Positions 20,121-30,635 of a stretch of 64,000 nucleotides of DNA are shown in pieces. This DNA is from Desulfurococcaceae archaeon. Its GTDB lineage: Archaea > Thermoproteota > Thermoprotei_A > Sulfolobales > Desulfurococcaceae. A model generated the notes under the pieces. That model was given only the letters and a program-made list of their open reading frames with translations, was not told the origin of the DNA and did no database searches. The position numbers and the translations under genes are program-made. Each line of letters begins with the position of its first letter. The stretch's first letter is position 1. Location: NCBI GenBank assembly GCA_038888155.1, contig JAWAJB010000001.1, forward strand, positions 192,001-256,000. The letters are read 5' to 3'.

Positions 20121-20501
20121 CTATACTGCCCTGCTTATCATAGAGGAGTGCTTCTCGAGCGCGGCAATTACCTCTTTAACCCGCTCCTTCTCTAAGCTGA
20201 CTATACATTGTTCGAGCAACTCCCTCTTGTACCTCTTGTACTCACTCTGCGAGAGCTCACCCCTAGATAGCATAGACTCAACTCTAGCAATGCATTCCCT
20301 CTCAATGCCCCTCCTCGCAACAATCATTGCGAATATATGTGGATATCTCTCGTCTACAGGTTTGATCTCAACGAACTTGTTAATCTCGGCCTTTATTGCG
20401 AGGTCTCTTACTTTCTCTAATTCCCTGGACTCGAAAATGTAGCAACCAAATTTTCTAAGCGCCTTTATCACTTTTTCGGATAAAGATAGAAGCTCGTTCA
20501 A
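20121..20501 (-). CDS. Hypothetical protein
   Basis: 126-aa ORF overlapping the upstream gene by 4 nt. Confidence 0.7.
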   Translation of the reverse strand: MNELLSLSEKVIKALRKFGCYIFESRELEKVRDLAIKAEINKFVEIKPVDERYPHIFAMIVARRGIERECIARVESMLSRGELSQSEYKRYKRELLEQCIVSLEKERVKEVIAALEKHSSMISRAV

Positions 20502-20920
20502 GCTTCGTCGCCCAATTTCAATGTCTTGAATGGAATCCTAGTTGTCTGTAGCAAAATCCTAACTAGCCATGCGTACACGGGGTTTCCCTTGCTCTTGGTG
20601 ACGTACCCATCAATGTACTTTGCTCTATAGAGTAGTTCTCCGCGATAGCTATGTACTCCTATGTACCCTTTCACTTTACCCCTGAAGTTCTTAACAAATC
20701 TAGTGTATATGAGGAAGTCCCCTGGGTCTACGCTAACACTAACAACCCCTGCCTCCCCCCTCGAGTATATTGGCTTAATCTTCTCCCAAGAAAAGGGGCA
20801 CTTCTTGTAGAGGACAAGCCCTGTTCTCTTTTTGTAAACGTACAAGGTGCTGTACACTGTGTGCTTTTTACTCCTACTGTGAGATTGCTCTACCCTAAAT
20901 ACTGCTGCTACTTGGCTCAA
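20498..20920 (-). CDS. Hypothetical basic protein
   Basis: 140-aa ORF in a co-oriented three-gene run. Confidence 0.65.
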   Translation of the reverse strand: MSQVAAVFRVEQSHSRSKKHTVYSTLYVYKKRTGLVLYKKCPFSWEKIKPIYSRGEAGVVSVSVDPGDFLIYTRFVKNFRGKVKGYIGVHSYRGELLYRAKYIDGYVTKSKGNPVYAWLVRILLQTTRIPFKTLKLGDEA

Positions 20921-20944
20921 AACAGTGCACCTACAGCTCTGCAG

Positions 20945-21190
20945 TTATCCGTGTATGTAGAGAAGCCCATTTTCCTTGACCTCTACTGTCAACGACTTTG
21001 CGTCAACTATTAGCGATATATACTCGTGAAACAACTGCTTGCTTAGCCTGACCTCGCCAGCTTTAATAACTACCTGTTTTACGCTAGAGTAGGTTTTTTC
21101 CTCTACGAGTTTCCCATGATCGTCATATATGTACAGCCCTATATCGTACTCCTCGAATTTAGGTTTAAGGTATAAAATCAACTTAGGCAA
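20945..21190 (-). CDS. Hypothetical protein
   Basis: 81-aa ORF, first of the three-gene run. Confidence 0.6.
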   Translation of the reverse strand: MPKLILYLKPKFEEYDIGLYIYDDHGKLVEEKTYSSVKQVVIKAGEVRLSKQLFHEYISLIVDAKSLTVEVKENGLLYIHG

Positions 21191-21384
21191 ATCGGTACCC
21201 CTACTTCTACACCCACAATATAAGTAATATTTTTTACGCTGTTATAGCTCTCGTTCGCGCGCTTAGGGACTGAGAGAAGCCATGCCGACAAGCGCTTGAA
21301 TGCAGCACTAGACAAAGAGGGGCGCCTCAAGGTTTAAGTAAAAAAGAGTTGTTTATCCTATGGCAACAAACGAGCAGAGAGTGC

Positions 21385-21573
21385 TTACTTCTTGGATATC
21401 CAGCCTTCTTCAACTCTCTCGACGCGGCCTTCTTTCCTCAGGTCGTGAAGCCTTGCCCTGATAGTGTTGTAGTTTATGCCTGTAAGCTTTGCTATTTCCT
21501 TTGGCATTAATGGCTTGCTCTGCTGCTTAAGAAACTCGAGCAGTTTCTCCTTTACTGTTTTAGCCTCGCTCAT
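21385..21573 (-). CDS. Small basic winged-helix DNA-binding protein (62 aa)
   Basis: Start revised to ATG21573 (MSEAKTVKEK...PKEIAKLTGINYNTIRARLHDLRKEGRVERVEEGW); the longer ORF would overlap the divergent DHH gene. Confidence 0.8.
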   Translation of the reverse strand: MSEAKTVKEKLLEFLKQQSKPLMPKEIAKLTGINYNTIRARLHDLRKEGRVERVEEGWISKK

Positions 21574-21759
21574 TGAGATCCCCAAAAGGAAGATCGTGTT
21601 ATGAGGGTTTATAAAGGTGACTTGCGCGCGTTCAGCAATTATTTCAATTTTGATAGCTCTAAACGCCCATTCTGATAGGTCAATCCCATATTTCCTTAAT
21701 AAACCTAGATAACTTAATGTAAGAAAAAGCCCGTTGCGCTTTAGTAAAGGTGAACGTAG

Positions 21760-22701
21760 TTGCACGCCATTATCGCCCACACAGATATAGATGGAGTAGC
21801 GGCTGCTGCGCTGTATTTGTACTTGACAGGGGCTCAAGAGTATAGGCTGTTCTTCACAGAGCCTTTCTTGCTTCATCGAGCATTGGACAGAGTATCATCT
21901 GCATATTACGATCAAGTTGTAATAGTAGATCTAGGCATTAATCCCCTAGTGTACGAAAAAGTCCTCAACTATATTTCCTTACTGAGAAAACACGACATTG
22001 AAGTTTCGTGGTATGATCATCACGTGTGGGAAGATGCTTGGATCAATGACCTTACAGGCCTAGGAGTGAAGCTGCTACTGGATAGGTCAACTTGTGCTAC
22101 AGGTGTTGTAGCAAATTACGCAATGCCAACTCGCTTGAGTACAGAAAATGACTTCGTGAGAGAGCTAGTGAGGGGGGTCTGCGCTGGCGACTTGTGGACA
22201 TTCGACCACTGGCTTGGACCATACTACATAAGGCTTGTGAGGAGGGGCGACAAAGATCCGTGGAGAAAGCACGTAGTAAGCGTGTTTACCAGCGGCAAAT
22301 ACTGGAGTAGCGAGTTCGAGAGCAAGGTAGAAGAGCACATAAGTAAAGAGCTCTCAGTGCTCTCATCTAAATCCTCGCAAAACTTAGTCGTGAGAAGCGT
22401 AAGCGGTCTAAAGATCGTAGTTGCCGAGAGCAGCAGTGAGGTGGAGAACAGCTTCCTTGCATCATACATGTTGGGCAGACTCAACGCAGACATTGTAGTA
22501 CTCGTAGCCGATGACGGAAAGCTTAGCTTTAGAAGCAGGGGCATAAATATAAGAGATCTTGCCCTTAAGCTAGGCGGAGGGGGGCACTTATATGCCTCTG
22601 GGGCGAAAGTTGAAATACCTAGGCTAATAAAGCTGTTCACAAAAATAAGCAGGAAAATCCTTTTAAACTACATCGCCGAGCTTGTAGTGCGATGCATTTA
22701 G
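21760..22701 (+). CDS. DHH family phosphoesterase
   Basis: HTDIDG, VDLG, WYDHH, DHHA1 LGGGGH motif. Confidence 0.9.
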   Translation: MHAIIAHTDIDGVAAAALYLYLTGAQEYRLFFTEPFLLHRALDRVSSAYYDQVVIVDLGINPLVYEKVLNYISLLRKHDIEVSWYDHHVWEDAWINDLTGLGVKLLLDRSTCATGVVANYAMPTRLSTENDFVRELVRGVCAGDLWTFDHWLGPYYIRLVRRGDKDPWRKHVVSVFTSGKYWSSEFESKVEEHISKELSVLSSKSSQNLVVRSVSGLKIVVAESSSEVENSFLASYMLGRLNADIVVLVADDGKLSFRSRGINIRDLALKLGGGGHLYASGAKVEIPRLIKLFTKISRKILLNYIAELVVRCI

Positions 22702-22706
22702 CGGGC

Positions 22707-23264
22707 TCACTGGCAAATTTTCGGCAATAAGATGACTGCTCCATCGCTTGCCCTGACTACTAACCCCCTATTGAAGCTGTAAAAAACGCACGCTATTGAG
22801 GCTATGATAGAATCTCTCTCGTGCTTAGTGGCTCTACTTGGTATACTAATTCCTAATGAGCCGAGCAGTTCCTCTAAGGACTCGCAGCCGCTTGACTTTA
22901 GACAACTGCTGGGGTGAGTCTCTACAGCTTCTGCCCCCAAACCTCGAATAGCTTCAACTAGCCTAGAGGCTCTAGCCGTAAGAGCTCTCATAGCGCTCCA
23001 GCTAGGAGGTAGGACGTTGAATCCCATTCTTTTCAACTTTAAGTCTACTTCACGGTAATTGCCCCTCAGCGGAAGGGAGAGAGGGGAATCTACGGCAACT
23101 AGGGATGCCTTATACCTAATCGCGGTTTCTAGTATTTCTCTATCTTTGTACAGCTTAGCAGTTTTAATTATTTTTATATCTAGAGGATCATCTGAAAATG
23201 CTAGCGTAACGCCGCTGATTCTAGTCTCACTTGCTGCTAAATCAATCCCCGCGCAAATTACCAT
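22707..23264 (-). CDS. DUF429 family predicted RNase H-like nuclease
   Basis: GIDLA, VAVDSPLS, R.VD..L, ETHP, HERD. Confidence 0.8.
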   Translation of the reverse strand: MVICAGIDLAASETRISGVTLAFSDDPLDIKIIKTAKLYKDREILETAIRYKASLVAVDSPLSLPLRGNYREVDLKLKRMGFNVLPPSWSAMRALTARASRLVEAIRGLGAEAVETHPSSCLKSSGCESLEELLGSLGISIPSRATKHERDSIIASIACVFYSFNRGLVVRASDGAVILLPKICQ

Positions 23265-24646
23265 TTTACCTTGCTACCCCTAGTATACCCTATTGAGTCA
23301 ACGTACTCCTCGATTAGCTTGTTTGCTCTAATAAGCCAGCTATTAAACTCGCCAGGGTGCTTCGGGTACAGTGTAGAGTACAGCTCTCGTGCCCTATCCA
23401 TGTAGTTCTTGACTGATCTCAGCCTGTTTAGTAAGCTCGGCTTTCCAATTAGTTTTACAAGTATTAACACTGAGTGCACTATTTTATCGGCGAGATCGCC
23501 CTTAGTGCCAATATCGTAGACTAAACTCCCATCTACAACCCTATTCTCAATAATCCACTCGTAGTCGCTGTTACTTAGCTTTTGCATGAACATCCTAAGT
23601 ACATCGAGCGCCGCTTGTTTGGCACCGTAAGAGAACATGTAATCTACATTTGCTCTCCACATTAGCTCTTCACTCACTTTTCCAGCTTCAAGGGCCTCGC
23701 TGAGATATTTGGAAACAACGTGAGAAGATAGCATTGATGATCCTATTCCGCCGCCGTGAACTGGGTTCACAGTGTAGGCAGCGTCTCCTACTGTACAAAC
23801 GTTTCTCCACACGAGCGTTGGCAAAGGCCTCCTCGTAGGAACTACGCCGCCGCCTGCGTGTAGGGGCTTTCCCCTAAACTTGGGCTTTAAGTATTTCACG
23901 AACATGTGCTGCGGGTTATAGCTCCCGTTCATTACTACGCCAAGCCCTACGTTAACGACCAAGCCATTGCTGCTCTTAGGGAAAAGCCACCAGTAGCCTC
24001 CAGGGGCGATTTCAGTGTTTATGTATATATCCGCGTAGTTAGCGTCGGCGATGTTCAGCGATTGTTCTAGCTCTATAATCTCTCTATAGGCTATATTGTA
24101 ATCCGTTACATAGGGTCTCTCGGAGATAGGCCATTCGACGGGGAGCTTGCTCCTAATAGCTGGCTTATACCCAGAGGCGTCAATGAACGCGCTAGCTTCA
24201 AGCTCTGCGCTGCTGCCGCTAATGCTCCTCGCCTTAACGCTCTTGAGGGCGTCCTCCTTTAAGGTTATGTCCACAACTACATGTCTATCAAACAGCTCAA
24301 CGCCCTTATCGAGCGCCTGCTTTAAGAGCCACTGGCCGAACTTCTGCCTGTTAACGCTTACGCCCTCTCCTGGCACAACTATGCTGTGCTTCCCAGTTGG
24401 GCTGAATATCCGTACCCCGCGATACCTGTGGTCCAGAAGGCTGTCTGGCACCTGAAGGCCTAGCTCGGTGAAGTGGTGGACCCCTATTGCATCCCCGCAA
24501 ACTCTATCGCCAATTCTTTCCCTTTGCTTGCTCTCAACTAATGCTACTCTCCACCCAAGAGAGGCAAGATGCAGCGAAGCGTAGAGTCCCGCAACGCCTG
24601 CGCCAACAACAACTACATCATATTTTGCACTCACAGAGCCCACCAC
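23258..24646 (-). CDS. Digeranylgeranylglycerophospholipid (geranylgeranyl) reductase
   Basis: GAGVAG FAD motif, VCGDA, PGGYWWLFP, GDAA..VNPVHGGG. Confidence 0.92.
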   Translation of the reverse strand: MVGSVSAKYDVVVVGAGVAGLYASLHLASLGWRVALVESKQRERIGDRVCGDAIGVHHFTELGLQVPDSLLDHRYRGVRIFSPTGKHSIVVPGEGVSVNRQKFGQWLLKQALDKGVELFDRHVVVDITLKEDALKSVKARSISGSSAELEASAFIDASGYKPAIRSKLPVEWPISERPYVTDYNIAYREIIELEQSLNIADANYADIYINTEIAPGGYWWLFPKSSNGLVVNVGLGVVMNGSYNPQHMFVKYLKPKFRGKPLHAGGGVVPTRRPLPTLVWRNVCTVGDAAYTVNPVHGGGIGSSMLSSHVVSKYLSEALEAGKVSEELMWRANVDYMFSYGAKQAALDVLRMFMQKLSNSDYEWIIENRVVDGSLVYDIGTKGDLADKIVHSVLILVKLIGKPSLLNRLRSVKNYMDRARELYSTLYPKHPGEFNSWLIRANKLIEEYVDSIGYTRGSKVKW

Positions 24647-24705
24647 TGTTAGAGGACAAGTACTAAGCTAATAAACTATCTGAGGCAGCGTTTATTCAAG
24701 TAACA

Positions 24706-26232
24706 CTAGGGAAAAATCTTGATTAACATTCCCTCAACTAATACTGGCTGAATTTCCCTTAGGAGAGAAATGGCTTCCTCTAGGCGCGATTCGCTGTTAC
24801 TGTACAGGGTCAACAGGGGATCTCCCTTGTTGACCCTGTAGCCGACCTTAGCGTGTAGCTCTATCCCAGCTCCTTTGTCGTGGGGGGCACCGCACACTCT
24901 AGCAATTAGCGTGACATGCGAGTTGTCGATGTGAGTTACAGCCCCTTCAATGGGTGAGGTAATAGTGTAAGTGTACTTTCCCACGGGGATGTCTTCGGGC
25001 TTTACGCTTGGATTCCCTCCCTGTGCCTCAATTATTTCTTTAAACTTCTCGTATGCTTTACCGCTCATGAAGATCTCCTTGGCTACGTCAAAGCCCTGCC
25101 CAACCGCTGTTTTTCCGCCGAGCTCTAAAACCAAGCCCGCTAGGAGCAGCGCCTTTTCTATGAAGCTCTTGCTGCCTCGCCTCTCAATATGGGCCTTAAG
25201 CGCCTCTCTCGCCTCTAAAGCAGGGCCTACGCACATCCCAATTGGCTGTCCCCCGTATGTTAGGGCGGCCTTTATTGCAATATTAAGTAGTCCAGCTTGC
25301 TTGATGAACATCGATGAGAGTTGCTCTGCTCCCTTAATATCCTCTACCTTTGTTCCGCGCCCTATTGGGATATCAACTACCAGCCTCTCAATTCCCATTG
25401 CAAGCTTCTTTGAGAGTATGCTCGCAATCATCTGTTGATCTGGATCTATCGCTAGCTTTTTCTCTATGTTCACAAATATGTCGTCGGCAGGCGCTAATCC
25501 CAACTTTCCGCCCCAAACAAGGGAGCCCTTTACCTTCCTCACTACTTCAACGATTTCCTCAACAGTTAAATCTACTCGTGCAAGAACCTCCATGGTATCA
25601 GCTGTTCCCGATGGACTTACAATGGCGCGACTGCTAGTTTTAGGTATTAAAAGCCCAGTAGAAGCAACTATAGGCACCGATAAAAGAGCTACCTTGCTGT
25701 TTCCAGGTACGCCTCCTATGCTGTGTATGTCATAAGCAGTTTCTTCAAACCTAACTTTTGTGCCTGCTTCAACCATAGCTTTAATTAAGTATGAGACCTC
25801 CTCGTCGCTTAGCGGGCTGTAGAGCTGGCTCACTAGAAAAGAGGCTATTTCGGCCTCGCCGTACAACCCGCTGACAATGTCCCTAATTAGCAAGAGAAAC
25901 TCTACCTCGCTGAGCCTTTCCCCTCGAAGCTTTTTCTTGAGCGCGGCAAAGCTTTGAGGTATTCCAACAGCTCTTATGCCAATAGTGTTGCCCTCGCTGA
26001 CGCCCAAGCGATGGGAAAGCTCCCTTGAAACTGCGCATTCCCCCCTCGATACAATAGACCCACTTATCATTACTATAGCTGATTGATGTAGAGTTCCTGA
26101 TGTAAGTAAAACTAAATTACCAGGCGTAATTCCCTGATCAACAGCGTCGTGTTCATTCATAACAACAATGGGCTGTACGTGATTTACGTCGAGCACTTTT
26201 ACTCTATATGTTTTCTGCGCTTTCTTTCCCAC
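24706..26232 (-). CDS. deoA: AMP phosphorylase (archaeal thymidine phosphorylase family)
   Basis: HSIGGVPGN, PKTSSRAIVSPSGTAD, SILSKK, N-terminal double-psi extension. Confidence 0.92.
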   Translation of the reverse strand: MGKKAQKTYRVKVLDVNHVQPIVVMNEHDAVDQGITPGNLVLLTSGTLHQSAIVMISGSIVSRGECAVSRELSHRLGVSEGNTIGIRAVGIPQSFAALKKKLRGERLSEVEFLLLIRDIVSGLYGEAEIASFLVSQLYSPLSDEEVSYLIKAMVEAGTKVRFEETAYDIHSIGGVPGNSKVALLSVPIVASTGLLIPKTSSRAIVSPSGTADTMEVLARVDLTVEEIVEVVRKVKGSLVWGGKLGLAPADDIFVNIEKKLAIDPDQQMIASILSKKLAMGIERLVVDIPIGRGTKVEDIKGAEQLSSMFIKQAGLLNIAIKAALTYGGQPIGMCVGPALEAREALKAHIERRGSKSFIEKALLLAGLVLELGGKTAVGQGFDVAKEIFMSGKAYEKFKEIIEAQGGNPSVKPEDIPVGKYTYTITSPIEGAVTHIDNSHVTLIARVCGAPHDKGAGIELHAKVGYRVNKGDPLLTLYSNSESRLEEAISLLREIQPVLVEGMLIKIFP

Positions 26233-26296
26233 AAAACTCCCCCAACACGCTGGAGTCTATTCCCTAAATGCCCTTAAAAATACCTTACTGAGCTCC

Positions 26297-26500
26297 TCAG
26301 TTGCTCGAGCGCGCTGCTTCTTTCTTTAATTTCTCAATGCGCTTAAGTAAATCCTCCTTATCGATCTCGCCCTTATCCCCCTCGATCATATCCCTGAGGA
26401 CTGATCTTGCAAGCTCCCTAGTGGCTGGGTCTAAATCCTTTAGCGCTTCCTCGATTGCTTTTCTCTTGCCCCTGTTAGGCTTGTAGAGAGACATCTTCAT
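26297..26500 (-). CDS. Small hypothetical protein
   Basis: 67-aa charged helical ORF with GAGG SD. Confidence 0.6.
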   Translation of the reverse strand: MKMSLYKPNRGKRKAIEEALKDLDPATRELARSVLRDMIEGDKGEIDKEDLLKRIEKLKKEAARSSN

Positions 26501-26614
26501 TCCTCAACAGTAGATAATAAATAGCTCCCTCAAATATTAGTTGTATTGGACGGCAATTATTTCGCTTTGCTTAAATAGTGTTGCAGGTCAACCTGTTAGG
26601 CGCGGTGGATTTAA

Positions 26615-27319
26615 GTGGAAACTGAGATCTACGTTGGAACTTCTGGTTGGCTGTACGACTGGAATGAAGGGGCTTCGCTTGATTGGTACGTAGAGGAAAG
26701 CGGCCTGAACGCAGTTGAGCTCAACGCTAGCTTCTATAGGTTTCCTTTTAGGAGTCAAGTGAAAAGCTGGTCAATTAAGGGTAGCAAGCTCAAGTGGAGC
26801 GTTAAAGTCCACAGATCTATAACACATATGAGAAGGATGGGAGAGAGATCCACTGAAATTTGGCAGAAATTCTACGAGGTCTTTAAGGAAATGGACAACT
26901 TAATTGACTTCTACTTATTTCAGCTCCCCCCTAACTACGCGTGCAGGGAAGAGAGCCTAGAGAGGATAAGCCAGTTCAATCAAAAAACTGAGCTAGGCCT
27001 CAAGATGGCTGTTGAATTCAGACACGCTTCGTGTTTTAACGAAGGAGTAGCGAAGTGGGCCGAAAAAAGTAACATTGCTGTAGTTTCAATTGATGCGCCA
27101 ATAGCTACGTGGATTTCGCCCGCGGGAGGAGTAATCTACTTGAGAATGCACGGAAGAGAGGCTTGGTACGGCTATGAATACAGCGAAGAGGAGCTCAAAG
27201 AGGTAGCCAGGAAAATAGTGGAGCGCGCTCCCAAAAAGGCGTATGTGTTTTTCAATAACAATCACTGGATGTTAAGTAATGCAAGGTACATGAGGGCGGC
27301 GCTAGAGGCCTTAGTATAG
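26615..27319 (+). CDS. DUF72 family protein
   Basis: YVGTSGWLY, VELNASFYR, LFQLPP, EFRH, YLRMHGR, YVFFNN. Confidence 0.92.
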   Translation: METEIYVGTSGWLYDWNEGASLDWYVEESGLNAVELNASFYRFPFRSQVKSWSIKGSKLKWSVKVHRSITHMRRMGERSTEIWQKFYEVFKEMDNLIDFYLFQLPPNYACREESLERISQFNQKTELGLKMAVEFRHASCFNEGVAKWAEKSNIAVVSIDAPIATWISPAGGVIYLRMHGREAWYGYEYSEEELKEVARKIVERAPKKAYVFFNNNHWMLSNARYMRAALEALV

Positions 27320-27320
27320 T

Positions 27321-28349
27321 TTGGTGTTCGCCTTGAAGGACCTCGGCGAGATATACAGGGATATATATGTAGAGCCGTCGAGAGAGGCCTATGATTTGGC
27401 TTTACGTTATGGTTATATGCCTTACATGGTTCAACGGTACATAGATATACTGGGCCCCAGAGATGCAATTAAGTTGCTCGATTTTTTCGAGAGGCCTGTC
27501 AAACACGTTGTGAGGACAAACACTTCACTAGTAGAGCCAAGTAAATTGAAGAGGAGACTTGAGGAGCTGGGGTTCGAGCTCGAGCAAATACCGTGGAGCC
27601 GCGAGTCTTTCTGGGTTTCAAGGACCCCTTTATCTCCGACGTTGGGATCAACGCATGAGTACCTAAAGGGGTACTACTATGTTCACAGGGACGCAACAAG
27701 CCTTATACCAGTTCTAATGCTAACACATGACTACAGTGGGGATGTCCTAGACGCTTGTGCTGCCCCTGGGGGCAAGGCTACCTATCTAGCGCAAACTTTG
27801 AAAAGGCGAGGCGGTTTAGTCTACGCTAATGACCTTGTCCTAAGCAGGTTGAAAACGATGATAGGGCACTTTATGAGGATGAAACTTGACAACGCTGTTG
27901 TCACTTGGAGCGACGCGCGCAAGCTAAGGGCTAGGTTAATGAAGAAGTTCAAAAGAGTGCTGCTCGATGCTCCTTGTAGCGGTGAGGGGAGGATATCCAT
28001 TGACCCGGGACGGAAGAGCAGGACAAGTCTACTGGATTTGGCTATTATGGTAAAGCGCGAGGTAGAGCTTCTAAATACCCTACTGGACTTAGTTGAACCT
28101 AAGGGGTTGCTGGCGTATATTACTTGTAGCATAGCCCCCGAGGAAAATGAATATGTAGTAAACACTGTTCTCGCTCACAGGGGCGATTTTGAAGTCGTGG
28201 AGCCTCCTCGCAAAGCCCTTGATTATTCTAAGGGCCTAACCGAATACAGACACCTAAAGTTTTTGCCAGAGCTAGAGAACTGCATTAGAATATGGCCCCA
28301 CATACACAGGTTATTTGGGTACAGTATATGTCTCCTGCAAAGAAAGTAG
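27321..28349 (+). CDS. RsmB/NOP2/NSUN family RNA m5C methyltransferase
   Basis: LDACAAPGGK, LLDAPCSGEG, YITCSIAPEENE. Confidence 0.92.
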   Translation: MVFALKDLGEIYRDIYVEPSREAYDLALRYGYMPYMVQRYIDILGPRDAIKLLDFFERPVKHVVRTNTSLVEPSKLKRRLEELGFELEQIPWSRESFWVSRTPLSPTLGSTHEYLKGYYYVHRDATSLIPVLMLTHDYSGDVLDACAAPGGKATYLAQTLKRRGGLVYANDLVLSRLKTMIGHFMRMKLDNAVVTWSDARKLRARLMKKFKRVLLDAPCSGEGRISIDPGRKSRTSLLDLAIMVKREVELLNTLLDLVEPKGLLAYITCSIAPEENEYVVNTVLAHRGDFEVVEPPRKALDYSKGLTEYRHLKFLPELENCIRIWPHIHRLFGYSICLLQRK

Positions 28350-28840
28350 CTAAGTTTAAAGCTGGCAGAGCTCCAGAGAACATAGTCGTTGAGCTCAGAG
28401 AGATATTGTCAAGTACATACAGCGCAAATCCTTCAGAGTTCATAGGCGAGAGCGTTAGGTATACTTGCATAAATAATATATGTATACTGTACTGCGGAAA
28501 AGCGCGCACCAATGCATTGAAAATCTTGTACGAGGGCAACTGGGTTGGGCTCTATAACAAGAAGGTCATCGCGCCTTCGATAAGCGTAATTAAAAGCATT
28601 TACAGCAAGTATGGAGTCAAAGCAGCTATTGTAGTTGGAGAGAAGGCCTTGAGGGCATTCCTGTACGGGAATGACATTTTCCCCGAGAGCGTGCATGAAG
28701 TAATACCCCCGAGAAAGTGGCTCTACAGCGTTATAGATCCAGATGATGGAGAAGTTGTAGGCTTTGTGAAATGGAGCCGAGAAAGACGGATTTACGAGAA
28801 TATATACGATGTGGGCATATTCATTAGGGCTCTCAACTAG
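28328..28840 (+). CDS. PUA-domain (NIP7-like) protein
   Basis: FLYGNDI...DVGIFIR motif; start revised to ATG28328; directly follows the NSUN gene. Confidence 0.65.
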   Translation: MSPAKKVAKFKAGRAPENIVVELREILSSTYSANPSEFIGESVRYTCINNICILYCGKARTNALKILYEGNWVGLYNKKVIAPSISVIKSIYSKYGVKAAIVVGEKALRAFLYGNDIFPESVHEVIPPRKWLYSVIDPDDGEVVGFVKWSRERRIYENIYDVGIFIRALN

Positions 28841-29661
28841 ATTGACACCAAGCAGTGTTTTTCGGAGATTCTAGACAGAGCTACGCGCATGTAGTCGGGA
28901 ACTAGTAGATATACTTGTAGGGCTCGCGCCTCGAGGGATGACAACAGCTCACTTGTTGCCTCAATAAGGTTGTTCCTACACGACCCTAAAGTCCCCGTCA
29001 TAGAGGCGAGCTTTAGCCTGTACTTACTCATTAATAGGCCGACAAGGTAGTTTAGTGCGCTTGAGTAGCCCTCGCCGGCATTTCCTCCAACTAAAGCAAT
29101 AGCCTCTTGCGCTCTCTCTGGGTCGCCGAGCAGGGATATCAGCTCGTTTAGAAAATGCGCTGTTTTCTCCAACGAGAGCTGATATCTCAGGTACTGTTCT
29201 TCGGTTATTTCGCCCTTTAAAGCTTCCCTAACTGAGCTCGAGTACTTTAACAACAAAGTAAGGTAGTGGGCAAGCTCGAGGGCCTTCTCTATGCTTATTG
29301 TTTCGCTGTAGTTGCTCAACACTTTGTGTAGCGTATTAATGTAATTAACTGTGTCGCTGTCGCAGTCATTTACGTAAACCCAAAGGGGTCCGCCGCCTAA
29401 AAATAGAAGCTTGTTTGACGTACTGATGTACTTTTTGAGAAGGTCAACGGAGCTCTCCTCTAGAAATGTAAATACTGACACCAAAACAATGCCTGAAAAA
29501 TTGGGGACTGGGATCTCTTCGCCGTAAAGGGACTTCAACTCCTCGCTGATAATTTTTAAGTAGAGCGAACCTCGATGCTCATAGAGTGCGTAGTCCTCGC
29601 CCAATTCTCCCCGCAGAATTAACTCAAGCAGTTTCCTATGACAACACTTATCTAAGCACAC
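28837..29661 (-). CDS. Hypothetical protein
   Basis: 274-aa ORF, no motif recognised. Confidence 0.6.
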   Translation of the reverse strand: MCLDKCCHRKLLELILRGELGEDYALYEHRGSLYLKIISEELKSLYGEEIPVPNFSGIVLVSVFTFLEESSVDLLKKYISTSNKLLFLGGGPLWVYVNDCDSDTVNYINTLHKVLSNYSETISIEKALELAHYLTLLLKYSSSVREALKGEITEEQYLRYQLSLEKTAHFLNELISLLGDPERAQEAIALVGGNAGEGYSSALNYLVGLLMSKYRLKLASMTGTLGSCRNNLIEATSELLSSLEARALQVYLLVPDYMRVALSRISEKHCLVSI

Positions 29662-29695
29662 AGCGCAGGTGACACCCTGTAGTCATGGGCTTCAG

Positions 29696-30631
29696 CTAAG
29701 GGCATTTATCCACGCCCTGCTCGACGATAGCCTTCTCGAGCTGAGCTTCAAATAGCCGGGGGTCCCAGCACAGAAAGCTTCCCCGGCAACCTATTTTTAG
29801 GGCGCCGGCTGCTACTGCGTACATTAGTGCGACTCCAGGGTCTTTTGATTCAAGGTACTTTGAATTGAAAAAGGCGTCAAACGCGTCACCTGCACCAGTT
29901 GAATCAACTGGCTTCCTGATGGGGTGGGCGCTACCGTGGTAGCAAATTCCGCTCGGCAACCTCACAAATGCTCCTCGAGATCCCATTTTAACTACGAGAA
30001 TGGATAAGCCAAATTTAAAGAAGTTTTCTGCTCTAATCTCCCTTGTGAGCAGCTTAAACTCGCTTTCATTAGTGAACAGTATGTCGACGTCCCTGAGGAT
30101 ATCTCCAGCTTTTCCCCCAAGCGACTCTGCGTAAACGCCTGGATCATAAGTTATAACAACGCCCTTGCGCCTAGCGATCCTAGCGATCCCGCTGACTAAA
30201 TCGGGCTTAACGGACGCCATGTGAATTACGTGCGCTCTAGCCATCAAGTGCTCAGGTACATCGCTGCTTTGAATAAATTCATTCGAGCCAGGGTACTTCA
30301 ACATCGTTCTCTCGCCTTCAGGTAAAATGAGTATAACCACAGAGCCGGGGGGTTGGTTGACCTCTTTAACGTACGTAGTATCTACGCCAAGCTCCTTTAG
30401 GGATTGAAGCGCGCTTTTTACAATGGGGTAGTTGGATGTAGATGCCACTAAGTATGCGCTGTGTCCATACCTTGCAACTGCGACAGCGTAGTTAGTAGCA
30501 GCCCCGCCCGGCCTTATATCAAAATCTTTCACGAGCGTAGAGCTGCCAGGAGGGGGAATGCTATTGATGTAGAGGGCTATATCTAAATTGAAGTTGCCTA
30601 TAGATATATGCGTGTAATTTCTGCTGCTCAT
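29696..30631 (-). CDS. PfkB/ribokinase family kinase
   Basis: PGGAATN, GERTM, DPG, NESE, DSTGAGDAF. Confidence 0.9.
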   Translation of the reverse strand: MSSRNYTHISIGNFNLDIALYINSIPPPGSSTLVKDFDIRPGGAATNYAVAVARYGHSAYLVASTSNYPIVKSALQSLKELGVDTTYVKEVNQPPGSVVILILPEGERTMLKYPGSNEFIQSSDVPEHLMARAHVIHMASVKPDLVSGIARIARRKGVVITYDPGVYAESLGGKAGDILRDVDILFTNESEFKLLTREIRAENFFKFGLSILVVKMGSRGAFVRLPSGICYHGSAHPIRKPVDSTGAGDAFDAFFNSKYLESKDPGVALMYAVAAGALKIGCRGSFLCWDPRLFEAQLEKAIVEQGVDKCP

Positions 30632-30635
30632 GCTG

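Noticed and set aside
21574-21876. N-terminal 100 aa of the 163-aa ORF in the track
   Set aside because: Overlaps the divergent DHH gene and promoter DNA; only the C-terminal 62 aa look like a protein
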